A stretch of 64,000 nt of DNA. It comes from an uncultured delta proteobacterium (GTDB taxonomy: Bacteria; Desulfobacterota; Desulfomonilia; Desulfomonilales; Desulfomonilaceae). The notes under the pieces are model-generated. The model was not told the DNA's origin. It saw nothing but the letters and a program-made list of their open reading frames with translations, and did no database searches. The translations under genes were made by a program, and so were the position numbers. Where the stretch lies: the NCBI GenBank assembly GCA_963789265.1, contig CAWBKB010000001.1, positions 448,001 to 512,000 on the forward strand. Reading direction: 5' to 3'. How positions within the stretch are numbered: the stretch's first letter is position 1; each line of letters opens with the position of its first letter. Positions 19,400 to 30,100 of the stretch are shown piece after piece.

Positions 19400-19687
19400 T
19401 CAATTGGCTTCGACCTCGTAACCAACAAAGCCTCGTGCTGCGAGGCCCTGAACAAATTCTTTCAGATGCGCGCCGGCTTCTTCCGGAACGTTTTCGAATT
19501 GATCCTGTAACTCGAGAAGAATCTCGCCTTCGGTGTGATTTCCATCAAGGCGTTTCCAGATGAACACACTTACAGGGTTCAACCCGAGCACCTTGCCCGA
19601 ATCCGGGTCGAAGAGCAAGGCCCACTCGTCAAATTCCTCACGCAACACAGTCAAGGGATTGGCTATCGGCCTGTCCGCTTTCGACAT
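19400..19687 (-). CDS. scmD: PqqD-family peptide chaperone / RiPP recognition element, ScmD-like
   Basis: VLREEFDEWALLFDPDSGKVLGLNPVSVFIWKRLDG..FVQGLAARGFV; GGAGG RBS. Confidence 0.88.
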   Translation of the reverse strand: MSKADRPIANPLTVLREEFDEWALLFDPDSGKVLGLNPVSVFIWKRLDGNHTEGEILLELQDQFENVPEEAGAHLKEFVQGLAARGFVGYEVEAN

Positions 19688-19846
19688 GGAGTCAGTTGCC
19701 TCCACCGCGCAACGAGGATACCCGCGAAAGAGAGGGATTAACCAAATGATAACATTAGAAATCTTTTAAATCAAGCCGGGCTTGCCGCAGGCAGTAACGA
19801 ATCAGCACACCAGTAACATCTTCCCGAATACATTGGCTGGAAAAAA

Positions 19847-20120
19847 GTAGGGGCAGACCCATGCGTCTGCCCCGCGCGGCCACGCGGGGCCACCCTGGAT
19901 GTCATCTATACCCATTGCCAAAAGTTTTCTCGTTCCCGGGCTCCGCCCGGGAATGCCTGTCAACGAGGCTCTGCCTCGACCACAATCGTGAAATAAGGGC
20001 AGTTTGCGGGCAGAGCCCGCGCTAGGTATGGATTCCCAGGCGGTCCCGCGAGACGTGGGATTTCACTGTAGGGGCAGACCCATGTGTCTGGCCCGGGCGG
20101 ACACGGCGGTCCGCCCCTAC
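19847..20120. repeat. cluster of GTAG-type REP-like palindromes
   Basis: GTAGGGGCAGACCCATG.GTCTG..CCC and GGGCGGACAC..GGTCCGCCCCTAC; related to 26617-26669. Confidence 0.7.
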
Positions 20121-20347
20121 ACGCCCCAGATCAAGTCCGCGATACCGAATGACCGGCAATTCTACTTTCCGCACGGGACGATCCCGACAAAGAGATTGCT
20201 TCGCTACACTCGCAATGACAATCCCTTCCCGCGTCCAAGTGAACTTTTACGGAAAAAATGCCGGCCGACGATAAGGAGGATGATCTGCCGGCATCCATGG
20301 AAGATACTTTAATTTCAAGCCCCGGCCCGGGGCCCTTTCTAGAAGCC

Positions 20348-20933
20348 TCAAGCCCCGCTAGTACAAGCCTGCGGGGATGACCCCCAAGAGCTGTAACCCT
20401 GATAATAATTAGGAGTACCCCAGTACCCGTGTCCGGGCCTGATAGGGATTCGAGTAATAGCCAGTTTGAGGCCACTGGTTGTATCCTCGTCGGACAGCCG
20501 GCCGAGGCTGAGCCGCGTAGGCCGGCGGGTACTGCCTTGCGACGGGTCTTTGTTGCCACTGATTCGCCCTATGCACACGAGCACTCTTGACAGTCTTCCT
20601 TCTCAACTTTCTCTTGGAGGACGGCTTGATTTGCCGGTTTGCTGTGGAGTTCGGGAGGGTGGCCTGATAAGTCCCTCGCGGAGCGACCGTCTGTTGAGCA
20701 ACGAAGGGCTGTCGCGGAGCCACGGGCCTTACGGTGTAAGGCGTCGAGCCGCTATTTTGAACTTTCCCATTGTATTGCGGCGCACCCGAGTTCGTCGCAT
20801 TGTACGTGTACGTCTGAGTATACTGCGAGTTGTATCCCGGCTGAATGTCAAGCGCGGTTGCTTGCGGGTTGCACAGTGGAAACAGCAGCATCGTGGCGGA
20901 TGCAGCGATGAGCAATATCGTTTTTGATTTCAT
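20348..20933 (-). CDS. secreted Q/Y/P-rich low-complexity protein (stop at 20409 as given; possible indel extends it to 20348)
   Basis: AGGAGG RBS, signal peptide MKSKTILLIAASATMLLFPLC; an alternative frame continues the Tyr/Gly-rich composition. Confidence 0.65.
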
Positions 20934-21297
20934 GGGGATCCTCCTTCGAGCGACATATCATTCAATACTGAGGATATATGTATATCTGCATGTAAATATA
21001 ATGTCAAGCAGTATTGTTGATACGCTTGCCTCGGCTGATGCATACGGACAACTAAGGGCAGGTTTTCGCCGGCGCCGGAATGGATGATTCCAGATGAGAC
21101 TCGGAACGCGGAACTTTGTTGCCCATCAGCCGCCTGAGCCACATAATACCATTCTGAAATGTTTTTTGTGAATGGGGTGCAGCCTTTGCTCAAAGTACGG
21201 ACAATCGGTATTTCTTATGCGATAATCACGGAACCTCCGGGATCAAAAAGATGAGAGGACCTGGTTCTTCCGTCGCCTCTCTACCTATATTACGAGG

Positions 21298-21743
21298 ATG
21301 CAACACGTGGATACGCTTCAGAGAGCCCTGGAAAAGAGTCCCGTCCAATCACGGGAGCGCCTTTTTGAATGCAAGGTCTACTATGAGGACACGGACTGTA
21401 TGGGCGTGGTCTATCATGCCAATTACTTGAAATACCTTGAAAGGGCCCGCACTGAATACCTCGGAGACCGATTGACCGGTGTGGTGGATTACCACAGTCG
21501 CGGATACATGTTCATGGTTCACAAGATAGAGATGGTGTTCCATGGCCCGGCAAAGTTGGGTGATCTGCTCGTCGTGGATGTACCTGGATTGAAAGCACTA
21601 CCCGATTTCGAATAGTGGTGAAGCAGATAATCATCAAGAAAGGGGAGCCGAAGGACTACCTGGTTACAGGCACCATCACTCTGGTCGCAGTAGGACTGGA
21701 CGGCCAGTTGCTGCAAGTCCCCGCTGAGTTTCACGATTTGTGA
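21298..21743 (+). CDS. YbgC/FadM-family acyl-CoA thioesterase (indel near 21580)
   Basis: VYYEDTDCMGVVYHANYLKYLERART; second frame TWIESTTRFRIVVKQ..GQLLQVPAEFHDL*. Confidence 0.85.
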
Positions 21744-21803
21744 CCATAGGTGGGAGGAGCAGTGCGAGTTTCGGGCGGTTTCCCATCTGGTCACAGGTAA
21801 GAT

Positions 21804-22928
21804 GTGGCGACAGGCTATGAGGTCGATCGACAATTTTCCCGGGGGTTGTATGCAAAGATCAAGGAGAAGGAGTCCAGGGTGACACTTAGTGAGAAACATC
21901 GGGTCTGCGGTTCGCATAGTGCTTGCCTGGTAGAATCCATGTCTGCGCCGGCACAGGGAACGGAGCTTGGATCCGCTCCTGCATTCGGCGTGCGCGATGG
22001 TCTGCTGAAGGGCCATTCTCAGTATGCGGTGTCATACATCATAGTGGTTCTCCTTTTAATAGCAGTATGGCCCATCAAATCCAGCGCACAAGACGAGCAG
22101 GCTGATCTTCTCATCGACAAAGCCCTGAAAATGTCCGGAACAACCGGACAACTTGAGAGGCTTGGAGGAGCTATTCTTTCGGCAATCCCTGCCGATGCGT
22201 TTCCCCGCAGTAGGATGAGAACTGAAGTAGCCGCGTTCATCCAAAAAGAAGCCGGAAAAGAGCAATTGCTGTCCCCAGTCCGTGCGGCGCTGAAGGAAGA
22301 ATTCAACAAAGAGAATATTGAAAACGTGATCGCCTTTTACGATTCCAAGGTCGGCAGGAGAATCGGGCGTCTCCAGGGAAATTCTCTCGCCCCTTCGCTG
22401 CTCAAAAGCGTTCGGGAGGGGCGAAAAACGGCCATGTCCTTGGAAGAGGGGAGGCTGAACATTTTTCGAAGAATTATAAAGGCTGAGCGTGTGCCGGAGC
22501 TTAACCGCGTCTTTTTGAAAAGCGTCATACAGGGATTGATCGACGCCTCTCCTGCTGAGGGATCGGCACATAAGGGACCCTCGGAACCTGCCCGGAAGAA
22601 GATAGGTATTATGGAAGACGCAATCCGCTCAGACCGGCATCGCACGGAAGAAATTGCGCTGGTTGCGTTTGCATACACGTTCCGTTCCGTAGACGACAAG
22701 GAACTCTCGGAGCTTGCCACGTATGACGCATCCCCTGCTGCCGCCTGGTTTCGGAATGCGGTCCAAAAAGGATTCGCTCGTTCCGTTTACATAACTGCCA
22801 AGTCGTTAGGGTCAGCGATAATACAATGGCAGAGTCAGCCGCTACGAACCAGGTCGAAGCATGTGCAAAGTCGAAGCGATGGCTGGATCCACCGGACGGA
22901 GCGCCGCGCTGACGGCCACGATCGGTGA
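21804..22928 (+). CDS. exported hypothetical protein, DUF2059-like (start uncertain)
   Basis: hydrophobic signal/TM segment and two ELxxxxAFYxSxxG-like motifs (ENVIAFYDSKVGRR, ELATYDASPAA). Confidence 0.6.
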   Translation: MATGYEVDRQFSRGLYAKIKEKESRVTLSEKHRVCGSHSACLVESMSAPAQGTELGSAPAFGVRDGLLKGHSQYAVSYIIVVLLLIAVWPIKSSAQDEQADLLIDKALKMSGTTGQLERLGGAILSAIPADAFPRSRMRTEVAAFIQKEAGKEQLLSPVRAALKEEFNKENIENVIAFYDSKVGRRIGRLQGNSLAPSLLKSVREGRKTAMSLEEGRLNIFRRIIKAERVPELNRVFLKSVIQGLIDASPAEGSAHKGPSEPARKKIGIMEDAIRSDRHRTEEIALVAFAYTFRSVDDKELSELATYDASPAAAWFRNAVQKGFARSVYITAKSLGSAIIQWQSQPLRTRSKHVQSRSDGWIHRTERRADGHDR

Positions 22929-22937
22929 ATCTTCCCC

Positions 22938-23498
22938 TTGAGAGGCTTTCAGCCCGTGGAAACGAGATCTTTGAGAATCCTCACGCTTGTTCTGCTCTGT
23001 ACAGCAGAAATGCTCACAGCGAACGTCTTTGCCGTGAATGGGAGCTTCACTCGGTACATCGACCCGGAGAAACGATTCGCTTTTGACTATCCGTCGACCA
23101 TGAATGCTCTGGTAGTCAGCCATGATGAGGTTAAAATTGCACATCCTCGGGCCACTTTGCGTATCACCGTTCTAGTCGAAATGCGCCGCCGTGCGGTCTC
23201 TGCAAGCGCCGAGGCACTGGTGGCTGCATTTAAGAAGACGCTGAAAGAAGAAATGAAAGGTTCAGCGGTTTTGGAGGAGGGCAAATTGCCCGGTCTTGAG
23301 GGCTCCCAGGGCTATATAGTGTGTTCCTTCAAGGATCTAAAAGGAATACAACTTGTCCAATTGATTCAGTATTATGTGACTGAGGATCGCGTCCTACAAA
23401 TGATCATCTCGGATCGGCCGGAGGGCTTCAAGAATCTTGAAGCAGTAATACGAAGGATTCACCACTCCCTCAGAATTTTGAACCCAAAGTTGAAATAG
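22938..23498 (+). CDS. exported PsbP-like protein
   Basis: signal peptide; YIDPEKRFAFDYPS and C-terminal IHHSLRI pattern typical of the PsbP/DUF1795 fold. Confidence 0.6.
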   Translation: MRGFQPVETRSLRILTLVLLCTAEMLTANVFAVNGSFTRYIDPEKRFAFDYPSTMNALVVSHDEVKIAHPRATLRITVLVEMRRRAVSASAEALVAAFKKTLKEEMKGSAVLEEGKLPGLEGSQGYIVCSFKDLKGIQLVQLIQYYVTEDRVLQMIISDRPEGFKNLEAVIRRIHHSLRILNPKLK

Positions 23499-23549
23499 GC
23501 GTTGGCGCGCGGGAGCCGAAACCAACTGGGTGAAAAGAGGCACGGACGC

Positions 23550-25550
23550 ATGTCCGACTTTCGATTAATTTCCGATTTTTCTCCTCGAGGCGACCAGCCT
23601 GCTGCGATAGATGCGCTGGTTAAAGGAGTGCAAGCCGACGCGAAGCATCAGGTGCTTCTGGGGGTGACGGGCTCGGGAAAGACCTACACTATGGCCAACG
23701 TCATGGCACGCACAGGCAAGACAGCACTTGTCTTGGCCCCCAACAAGACCCTCGCCGCTCAGCTATTCAATGAGTTCAAAGCCTTGTTCCCCGAAAATGC
23801 GGTTGAGTACTTCGTCTCCTACTACGACTACTATCAGCCGGAGGCTTATATCCCCCAAAGTGATACGTACATAGAAAAGGATTCCAGCATCAACGAGACT
23901 ATCGACAAGATGCGACATTCGGCCACTCGCTCACTTTTGGAACGCCGCGATGTCATTATCGTCGCGTCTGTGTCTTGCATCTACGGACTGGGCTCGCCGG
24001 AGGCCTACCAGAACATGCTCGTGCATTTGATCCAAAAAGAAGAAAGTGGCAGAGATCAGGTGCTTAAGAAGCTCGTTGAAATCCAGTACGACCGTAACGA
24101 CATGGATTTCCACAGAGGAACGTTCAGGGTGAGGGGGGATGTCGTCGAGGTCTTTCCGGCATACGAGGAGGATCTCGCAATAAGGATTGAATTTTTTGGA
24201 GATACGGTCGAAGGCATTTACGAAATAGATCCGTTACGAGGAAAAATTCTCAGACCCCTCGATAAAGTAGCGATCTATCCGGCCAGCCACTATGTGACCG
24301 AGAGATCGAGGCTTCTGGAATCTGTTGAGCTTATCCTTGAAGAGATGAAAGATCGGGTAGAATACTTCAGGAAAGACAATCGCTTTATTGAAGCGCAGCG
24401 CATCGAAGAGCGAACTCGATTTGACATTGAGATGCTTAAAGAGATGGGGTACTGCAACGGCATCGAAAATTATTCCAGGTACCTGACCGGACGCAAGGCC
24501 GGCGAGCCTCCCCCCACTTTGCTGGAATATTTTCCGAGGGACTCACTCATTTTCATCGACGAGTCTCACGTGAGCGTCCCCCAGTTAGGCGGCATGTTCA
24601 GGGGCGACCGTTCCCGAAAACAGACTCTGGTGGATTACGGCTTTCGTCTGCCGAGCGCGCTCGACAACAGACCGCTCCAGTTCAAGGAGTTTGAATCCCA
24701 TGTGTCTCAGGCCATTTACGTCTCCGCGACGCCGGGCCCGTATGAACTGGAGAAGGCCGGAGATCAGATAGCGCAACAGGTGATCCGGCCCACCGGTCTG
24801 ATGGACCCGGTGATCGAGCTCCGGCCCGCGTCCAACCAGGTGGATGACCTCCTGGACGAGATACGGAAACGAGTTGATAGACAAGAAAGGGTACTGGTCA
24901 CGACGCTCACCAAGAAAATGTCCGAAGACCTTACTGAATACTATGGCACTCTTGGCGTACAAGTTAGATACCTGCATTCGGAGATCAGGACCATAGAAAG
25001 GATGGAAATTATCAGAGATCTGAGGCTCGGAGAATTCGATGTGCTGATCGGCATAAATCTTCTCAGAGAAGGGCTCGACATTCCCGAGGTAGCATTGGTG
25101 GCGATTTTGGATGCGGACAAAGAAGGTTTCCTTCGTTCGGAACGCTCGCTAATCCAGACGGCCGGTCGGGCGGCTCGAAACGTCGAGGGGACGGTGATTC
25201 TCTATGCCGATAAAATTACCGACTCCATCCGCAAGGCTCTGGATGAAACGAACCGGCGACGAAAGATTCAGATGGAATTTAACCGTGAGAACAACATAAC
25301 GCCCGAGTCGATTCGCAAGAGTATCGCGGATGTTCTCTCTTCTATGGCAGAACAGGATTATGTTACAGTCGAAGTGGAGCGAGAGGACCAATTCGCTGGG
25401 ATCCCCCTGGATGAAGTTCCCAAGATGATCGAAGATCTTACTCGTGAGATGTTCGAGGCCGCACGCGACCTTGAATTTGAAAAGGCCGCGGATCTGCGGG
25501 ATCGCATTCGCGAACTTGAAAACGTTCGCGTCCGGTACGGAGCGCTCTAG
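23550..25550 (+). CDS. uvrB: excinuclease ABC subunit B
   Basis: [39 protein letters not shown]-terminal UVR domain [11 protein letters not shown]. Confidence 0.99.
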   Translation: MSDFRLISDFSPRGDQPAAIDALVKGVQADAKHQVLLGVTGSGKTYTMANVMARTGKTALVLAPNKTLAAQLFNEFKALFPENAVEYFVSYYDYYQPEAYIPQSDTYIEKDSSINETIDKMRHSATRSLLERRDVIIVASVSCIYGLGSPEAYQNMLVHLIQKEESGRDQVLKKLVEIQYDRNDMDFHRGTFRVRGDVVEVFPAYEEDLAIRIEFFGDTVEGIYEIDPLRGKILRPLDKVAIYPASHYVTERSRLLESVELILEEMKDRVEYFRKDNRFIEAQRIEERTRFDIEMLKEMGYCNGIENYSRYLTGRKAGEPPPTLLEYFPRDSLIFIDESHVSVPQLGGMFRGDRSRKQTLVDYGFRLPSALDNRPLQFKEFESHVSQAIYVSATPGPYELEKAGDQIAQQVIRPTGLMDPVIELRPASNQVDDLLDEIRKRVDRQERVLVTTLTKKMSEDLTEYYGTLGVQVRYLHSEIRTIERMEIIRDLRLGEFDVLIGINLLREGLDIPEVALVAILDADKEGFLRSERSLIQTAGRAARNVEGTVILYADKITDSIRKALDETNRRRKIQMEFNRENNITPESIRKSIADVLSSMAEQDYVTVEVEREDQFAGIPLDEVPKMIEDLTREMFEAARDLEFEKAADLRDRIRELENVRVRYGAL

Positions 25551-25701
25551 AATGGCGGCGTTCTCTGAACACAAGTTTCCAAGCTTTTTGAAAAAAGAAA
25601 GCCTAGAGCACCATTTTCGATCTCCTTGTGGAAGGCTATCCCAGGCTATATCGTAAGCGATCATGAATTTTCACATCCAAGCGAGCTAGGAGGAGTTTGG
25701 T

Positions 25702-26526
25702 ATGCCCTTTGCCAACATAAACGGGATCAACCTCTATTATGAAATTCAGGGTTATGGCACCCCTCTTCTGCTCCTGCACCACGGTTTCGGATGCAGCAAA
25801 ATGTGGGGAAAGTTAATAGCGCCATTAGTCGAGCAAGGATATAAGGTTATCTGTTACGATCGACGGGGGTACGGCCAGTCCGAACAACTCGCAGATTTTG
25901 ACGATTTTTACGTGAGTGAGCGATTCAGGCCCGAGAGCGTCAAGGAACTGGAAGCACTTCGTCACTGGCTCGGGATCGATTCATTGCATGTTGTGGGGCA
26001 GTGCGAAGGCGGCGTTGTGGCAACAGACTACGCCGTACAATATCCGGATCGTGTTAAGAGCATAGTGATATCGAGCACCTTATGTTACAGCACGGTTCAC
26101 ATGTCTGAATTCAATGCGTCAAAATTCACTAAGAGCTTCGCAGAATTGGATCCGGATCTGCAAGAGAAACTCGTAGGCTGGCACGGCAAAAGAGCTGAAA
26201 CATTTTTCAGTCAGTTCCGTCAATACGGCGGATCTTACGGAAAATCTTTCTTTGATTTGCGACCGACATTGGCCTCTGTCAATTGCCCAACTCTGGTTTT
26301 GTATCCGGACAGAAGCTTTCTTTTTGAAGTGGAGCAGGGAATAGCCTTTTATCGGCATCTTCCCAAGGGAGAGTTGGCCGTACTGCCAAATTGCGGACAC
26401 AACACGTACGATGAGCAACCAAAAGAATACGTTTATCACATCGTCAATTTCTTGGCCCGACATCGCTTTGGCGATGAAAGCCCGTTCGTTGCCGAGACTG
26501 TACGGCCGGTAACTTGTGCGGGATGA
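25702..26526 (+). CDS. alpha/beta-fold hydrolase with Cys at the nucleophile elbow
   Basis: LLLHHGFG, YDRRGYGQS, VGQCEGG, PNCGHN; AGGAGG RBS. Confidence 0.88.
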   Translation: MPFANINGINLYYEIQGYGTPLLLLHHGFGCSKMWGKLIAPLVEQGYKVICYDRRGYGQSEQLADFDDFYVSERFRPESVKELEALRHWLGIDSLHVVGQCEGGVVATDYAVQYPDRVKSIVISSTLCYSTVHMSEFNASKFTKSFAELDPDLQEKLVGWHGKRAETFFSQFRQYGGSYGKSFFDLRPTLASVNCPTLVLYPDRSFLFEVEQGIAFYRHLPKGELAVLPNCGHNTYDEQPKEYVYHIVNFLARHRFGDESPFVAETVRPVTCAG

Positions 26527-26616
26527 GACTGGCGCGGCAACGGATTATGTCCACAAGGTAAATCAGAGCCCTAGCGACTTTCGTGGCACGATCTCGACAG
26601 AGACACCGTGTTCCGG

Positions 26617-26669
26617 GTAGGGGCGGACCCGCGTGTCCGCCCAGGGCAGACACATGGGTCTGCCCCTAC
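26617..26669. repeat. GTAG REP-like doublet
   Basis: GTAGGGGCGGACCCGCGTGTCCGCCC-A-GGGCAGACACATGGGTCTGCCCCTAC. Confidence 0.8.
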
Positions 26670-26702
26670 AATTGGTTCCCTCGTATGGGGGCATGACGGC
26701 AT

Positions 26703-27110
26703 GTACGGCGCGGGTTTCAAACCCAATGCTGTTGACTTAAGAGATCTCCGTCTACCAGCACCGTCACCCCGGCGAAGGCCGGGGTCCAGAGAAGATTAGG
26801 AAAACCTGGATTCCGGCCTCCGCCCATTTGCGTTAAGTTAAGCATGATGCGTAATAAAAACTGCTGTTCAGCATGTAGGATGTGCTGAACCCTGCCAAGG
26901 CAGGGAAAGCGCATCGGCCGCGTCAGCGCTCCGTCTTACACAATCGATGCGCTTTGCTTCGCTCAGCACATCCTACGAAATTGCTGCTTAACTTAACGCG
27001 AATTGGCCTTCGCCGGAATGACGAAGCCAGGGCCTCGTGGAAAGCAAGACTCCTGGGCAAGAGACATCCAGCTTAATTCAACAGCATTGGGTTTCAAACC
27101 CGCGCCCTAC
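26703..27110. repeat. nested REP/MITE structure (five layers)
   Basis: duplicated GGGTTTCAAACCC; TIR AATGCTGTTGA(C/A)TTAAG; duplicated GGCCT(C/T)CGCC; TIR GCGTTAAGTTAAGCA; central 102-bp REPIN copy B. Confidence 0.8.
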
Positions 27111-27167
27111 CATCTGACGGTTTTCTCTGTGCGCTCCGTGTCTCTGTGGTGAATTCTTGTCTTCCCG

Positions 27168-30100
27168 TCAGTTCACCTCACCCACCAATATGAACGGTGC
27201 CCAATAAAAGGGATGGTCATAACCAGCCTTACGGATTTCTTGCCTGGCAAGTCGTAGCGCTTCCTGCTTATTCTTCCCTTCTTTCAAGTGCTTGAAGAAG
27301 CTCTCCACGAGATTAACAGAAGCTTTCTCAGATACGCTCCAGAGGCTCATCAGAACACTTTTCGCACCCGCGTACTGGAATGCCCTGCCCATTCCCATTG
27401 TGCCCTCGCCTGATATTTGCCTCCCCAGGCCGGTCTGGCACACGGTCAGCGCGGCTACGTCGCAGTTGAGCTTCAAGCCCAGGACTTCACTCAATCGCAA
27501 GAAACCGTCGTGACCCTTCTGTTGATCGAGCAGAGTCAGCACCAGCACCGGTTCCTGGATACCCGGCAATTCCTTGCCGAAATATCCGTGGGTGCCGAAC
27601 ACCACGGACCGATAAGGTGTGAGGTCTTTGTCGAGAAGAACAGATTTTTTGGCCTGCATTCCTTCATAGAGGTCGGTTTTCGGATCGTCCTTCTTTAAGG
27701 ATTCGCCGAGTTGCGCGGTTAAGGGCAGTCTCGGCCAGGTGAGCCCCTCCTGAATCTTCATGGACATAAGGATTTCTTTGGGAAGGTTGTTGAGGAGTTT
27801 CTCCTTCTCCTGGCGGGCAAGTTTGATAAAACGAGGATCATCCTGGGAAAAAACTGGATCGACCAGTGCAAGCGTCTTTTCCCCGGGGTTGCGCTGTTTT
27901 TCGAGAGTACGTGCCAGGGTAAGGGCCGTGATGGACTGGTAATAGGATATGGGATTGCGACCGCCGAAAAACTCAGCACCTGAAGTAACAGCCGTTTTAT
28001 CGCCCTTTACAATTGTTCCTTTGTCGTTGAGCACGAGCATCTCGAACGGGACTACTCCGAGCGAACCGTCAGGAATGATAATGAGGGGGGTATCCTTGGG
28101 CAGTGCCGGCAGGACATCCGCGAGAAGCATGTCGGAGAGTTTCTTACCGGCAGCAAAATCAAATGCTGCAAGTTTCTTTCTGAGAGAATCGTCGGGTCCC
28201 AGATCCAGAGGTTCCCGGAACTTCCTGACGAGACCGTCAACCTCTTTTCTCGCAACCGGCTTGAAAAGACATTTTACCAGGCTCTTTCCCTTCGTGAGAT
28301 AGATGATGATTCCCGGGTCCGTGACCTGGTACGCCAATACCCATTCGTTATCTTTCAGGGCAGATTGATCCAAACCCATTGGTTGAGGATACTTGGTCGC
28401 GGCAAAGAAAGGATACTGTTTGCGGAGCATCTCAATATGCGCGGCAAGTTTCTCTTTTGCCGTTTTAACCTGGGGCTCAAGCGCGGCTATGACCTCTTTG
28501 TTCTGCTTCTCGTACGCCTTCTGGAGGTTCTTGCTCAAAGCGGCGAGACTGTCATTAAGCTGCGAATCTTTTTCCAGTACATCCTGTGGAATGTGCGGAG
28601 CAGACCCTTCTGCTCGCTTTGAGATGCGTTCGGCAAACATACGGGCTCGGGTGTATTCGGATTCCTTTAATGCATCCAGAGGCTTGTTCAGCTTCACCAG
28701 GTACTCTGGCAAGTCCCTCGTACGGGGCGGTCCTGTAAAAGCCGCCGACTCTGACATTGTAGAACTCCGCCCTCTCGGAAGGGTTCAGGCCGGCACGCAG
28801 ATCTTCGGTACGATCAATGGCTTTGCGAAAATAGTCCGCGGCCCCAAGGTTGTCCCACATCTTCTCGTATGTCATTCCCAGGCCGGTATAGGATATGAAG
28901 AGATTCGCTGAATCCTGGTTCTTCTCAGCGCTTTGCCGAAGTTTCTCGTAATACTCTTTTGCCTTTTCGTAATCCGCTTTGAGCAGATTGAGCCTACCCA
29001 GGGAGCTGTTGTAGTTAGCTTCTTTTATGAATGGCTCGGCATTTGCGATCTCTCCCTTGTCCAGGTAGAGATTACCTATCTTATCCTTAGGTGAGCCTGT
29101 TGGAACTCCGATTTTGACGTAGATTGCAAGCCCCTTCTGAAAATTCGTCAGAGCTTTGTCGTACTCACCCCAGTATTGATATACGGTCCCCAGATTGTTC
29201 AGGGTGCGCCCTTCGATGTTCACGTCCCCAATCTTTCTGCTGATAGCCAGCGACTTCTCGTAGAATTCCACTGCCTTGGCATACTGACCCCAATCCTTAT
29301 ATAAGTTCCCCAGGTTGTTAAGTGTCCGTGCTTCACCCGGAATGTCCCCGAACTTTCTCTGAATGGCGAGAGATTCTTCGTAGAATCTCAAGGCCTTCTC
29401 GTACTGACCGCGTTGCTCAGAGACAGCTCCCAGATTGAGCAGCGAGCCTCCTTGCCCGCTGATGTCACCCAGCTTTCTCTCGAGTTCCAGGCATTTCTCA
29501 AAGTACTCGACTGCTTTCTCATATTGACCCTGTCCACGACAGACCTCTCCCAGGTTATTTAGGGAAATTCCCTCCCCTTTGAGGTCGCCAAACCGTCTCG
29601 CGATTGTCAGAGATTTTTTGTAATACTCCACCGCCTTCGCATTCTGATTCCAGGTGTTGTAGACTATCCCGAGGTTGTTCAAGGTGACGCCTTCGCCCTT
29701 AAGGTCTCCACGCCTTTTCTTGATTGCCAGAGATTGCTCGAAATGGTCAACGGCCTTCTTATACTTGCACAAATCCAGATAGGCATTGCCTAAAGCGTTG
29801 AGCACCGCCGACTCTCCCTTGGTGTCAGTAAGCTTTTTCTTGATGGCCAATGATTTCTCGTAGTATTCGATTGCCTTCTCACACTGACCCCACCGCTCGT
29901 ACATATGGCCAAGATCGTCCAACGTTTCCCCTTCCGCCTTGATATCACCAAGCTTTATCGCAATCGCCAATGACTGCTCGGAGCATTCCACGGCATCTTG
30001 ATATCGCCCCCAATGTCTGTATATCGCTCTCAGGTTGCGTAGGGCAGCCATTTCACCCTTCTGATTCTTGATTGTTCTGGCGATCTCTAACGATTTCTTC

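Noticed and set aside
26512..26575. C-A-G-TGA (CxxU) readthrough at the end of the hydrolase
   Set aside because: No convincing SECIS hairpin, and the protein is already full length
26600..27160. CRISPR array
   Set aside because: Repeats are nested inverted palindromes, not regularly spaced direct repeats with unique spacers
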